From NCBI RefSeq assembly GCF_006345805.1, contig NC_042998.1, positions 8,370,001 through 8,434,000 of the forward strand: a DNA stretch of 64,000 bases. The letters run 5' to 3'. This DNA comes from Octopus sinensis (taxonomy: Eukaryota). The position numbers and the translations under genes are program-made. This document shows positions 61,501 through 64,000 of this stretch, in pieces (the first letter of the stretch is position 1; each line of letters starts with the position of its first letter). The notes under the pieces were generated by a model. The model had not been told where the DNA came from, searched no databases, and saw only the letters and a program-made list of their open reading frames with translations.

Positions 61501-64000
61501 CGGTGGTGGGTTACTGGGGTTTGGTGGCTGGTTGTTGGTTGGTTACGGTTGGCTGGTTGGTCGGTGGGTCACGTGGTTGGCTGGATTGTCGGCTGGTCAT
61601 GGATCGGTTTGGTCATGGCTGGTTTGTAAGTTACTTGCTGGCTGGTTGGTCGGTTGGTCAGCTAGTTGGCTGGTTGTCGGTGGTTACTGGTGGCTGGTTG
61701 GTCGGTTGGTCACCTGGTTGGCTGGATTGGTGGATGGTCATGGATCTGTTAGTCTGGCTGGTTTGTAAGTAACTTTCTGTCTGGTTGGTCGGTGGGTTAC
61801 TGGTTGGCTTGTTGTCGGTTGGTTACTGGTTGGCTGGTTGGTCGGTTGGTCACCTGGTTGGCTTGATTGTCGGCTGGTCATTGATCGGTGGTCATGGCTG
61901 GTTTTTCAGTTAACTTGCTGGCTTGTTGGTCGGTGGGTCAGCTAGTTGGCTGGTTTGTCGGTTGGTTACTGGTTTGCTTGTTGGTCGGTTGGTCACCTGG
62001 TTGGCTGGATTGTCGGCTGGTCATTGCTGGTTTGTAAGTTACTGGCTGGCTTGTTGGTTGGTGGGTCAGCTAGTTGGCTGGTTTGTCGGTTGGTTACTGG
62101 TTGGCTGGTTTGTCGGTTGGTCACCTGGTTGGCTGGATTGTCGGCTGGTCATGGATCGGTTGGTCATGGCTAGTTTGTAAGTTACTTGCTGGCTGGTTGG
62201 TCGGTGGGTTACTGGTTGGCTTGTTTGTCGGTTGGTTTCTGGTTGGCTGGTCGGTTGGTTGGTCAACTGTTTGGCTGGATTGTCGGCTGGTCATGGATCG
62301 GTTGGTCATGGCTGGTTTGTCAGTTACTTGCTGGCTTGTTGGTCGGTGGGTCAGCTAGTTGGCTTGTTTTTCGATTGGTTACTGGTTGGCTGGCTGGTCG
62401 GTTGGTCACCTGGTTGGCTGGATTGTCGGCTGGTTATGGATCGGTTGGTCATGGCTGGTTTGTCAGTTACTTGCTGTCTTGTTGGTCGGTTGGTCAGCTA
62501 GTTGGCTGGTTTGTCGGTTGGTTACTGGTTGGCTGGTTTGTCGGTTGGTCACCTGGTTGGCTGGATTGTCGGCTGGTCATGGATCGGTTGGTCATGGCTG
62601 GTTTGTAAGTAACTTGCTGGCTGGTTGGTCGGTGGGTTACTGGTTGGCTGGTTTGTCGGTTGGTTACTGGTTGGCTGGTTGGTCGGTTGGTCACTGGTTG
62701 GCTGGATTGTCGGCTGGTCATGGATCGGTTGGTCATGGCTGGTTTGTCAGTTACTTGCTGGCTTGTTGGTCGGTGGGTCAGCTAGTTGGCTGGTTTGTCG
62801 GTTGGTACTGGTTGGCTGATTGGTCGGTTGGTCACCTGGTTAGCTGGATTGTCGGCTGGTCATGGATCGGTTGGTCATGGCTGGTTTGTAAGTAACTTGC
62901 TGGCTTTTTGGTCGGTGGGTTACTGGTTGGCTGGTTTGTCGGTTGGTTACTGGTTGGCTGGTTTGTCGGTTAGTCACCTGGTTGGCTGGATTGTTGGCTG
63001 GTCATGGATCGGTTGGTCATGGCTGGTTTGTAAGTAACTTGCTGGCTGGTTGGTCGGTGGGTTACTGGTTGGCTGGTTGGTCGGTTGGTCACCTGGTTGG
63101 CTGGTTTGTCGGTTGGTCATGGATCGTTTGGTCATGGCTGGTTTGTCAGTTACTTGCTGGCTTGTTAGTCGGCGTGTCAGCTAGTTGGCTGGTTTGTCGG
63201 TTGCTTACTGGTTGGCTGGTTGGTCGGTTGGTCACCTGGTTGGCTGGATTGTCGGCTGGTCGTGGATCGGTTGGTCATGGCTGGTTTGTAAGTAACTTGC
63301 TGTATGGTTGGTCGGTGGGTTACTGGTTGGCTGGTTTGTTGTTTGGTTACTGGTTGGCTGGTTGGTCGGTGGGTCACCTGGTTGGCTGGATTGTCGGCTG
63401 GTCATGGATCGGTTGGTCATGGCTGGTTTGTCAGTTACTTGCTGGCTGGTTGGTCGGTTGGTCAGCTAGTTGGCTGGTTTGTCGGTTGGTTACTGGTTGG
63501 CTGGTTGGTCGGTTGGTTACCTGGTTGGCTGGATTGTTGGCTGGTCATGGATCTGTTAGTCTTGGCTGGTTTGTAAGTAACTTTCTGTCTGGTTGGTCGG
63601 TGGGTTACTGGTTGGCTTGTTTGTCGGTTGGTTACTGGTTGGCTGGTTGGTCGGTTGGTCACCTGGTTGTCTGGATTGTCGGCTGGTCATTGATCGGTTG
63701 GTCATGGCTGGTTTTTCAGTTACTTGCTGGCTTGTTGGTCGGTGGGTCAGCTAGTTGGCTGGTTTGTCGGTTGGTTACTGGTTGGCTTGTTGGTCGGTTG
63801 GTCACCTGGTTGGCTGGATTGTCGGCTGGTCATGGCTGGTTTGTAAGTTACTGGCTGGCTTGTTGGTCGGTGGGTTACTGGTTGGCTGGTTTGTCGGTTG
63901 GTTTCTGGTTGGCTGGTCGGTTGGTTGGTCAACTGTTTGGCTGGATTGTCGGCTGGTCATGGATCGGTTGGTCATGGCTGGTTTGTCAGTTACTTGCTGG
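55560..64000. repeat. G/T-rich modular satellite array (60-bp core plus 27/28-bp modules; 87-, 115- and 142-bp units), continuing past the window end
   Basis: Core GGTCATGGATCGGTTGGTCATGGCTGGTTTGTAAGTAACTTGCTGGCTGGTTGGTCGGTT with variable numbers of GGTTACTGGTTGGCTGGTTTGTCGGTT and GGTCACCTGGTTGGCTGGATTGTCGGCT modules. Confidence 0.97.

Noticed and set aside
55516-63932. Dozens of Trp/Gly-rich or Thr/Gln-rich ORFs in the satellite
   Set aside because: Translations of a stop-poor tandem repeat on both strands with frequent frame changes; no coding signal.
55560-64000. CRISPR-like or telomeric array
   Set aside because: No unique spacers or cas genes, eukaryotic context, and no TTAGGG-type repeat.

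Overview
AT-rich, repeat-dominated animal DNA with no recognisable host protein-coding exon. The SINE families and dense (TA)n/(CATA)n/(GATA)n/(TG)n microsatellites look like a coleoid cephalopod, most likely Octopus (recognition, not verified). Contents: a near-full-length CR1-type LINE (about 36.9-41.5 kb, two small frameshifts) and a 5'-truncated LINE with an uninterrupted 847-aa ORF2 (12.3-14.9 kb). Also present are remnants of Penelope (GIY-YIG), Tx1, R4/Dong, Helitron and mariner elements, three tRNA-derived SINE families in dozens of copies, and non-autonomous Helitrons. There is one full-length U2 snRNA, a 2.45-kb tandem duplication, and an 8.4-kb G/T-rich modular satellite running off the right edge. 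Top findings: (1) a near-perfect 682-bp palindrome (22186-22867) with a canonical-core hammerhead ribozyme motif on each strand, inside a cluster of other hammerhead-like motifs; (2) a dispersed short element with a variant hammerhead core (CUGUYGA-A); (3) a 3' tail shared by the commonest SINE and two LINE copies, with a covarying hairpin; (4) a Tx1-like element inserted twice in (GATA)n, once with an empty paralogous site nearby. Coordinates and alignments were read by eye, and repeat boundaries are approximate.
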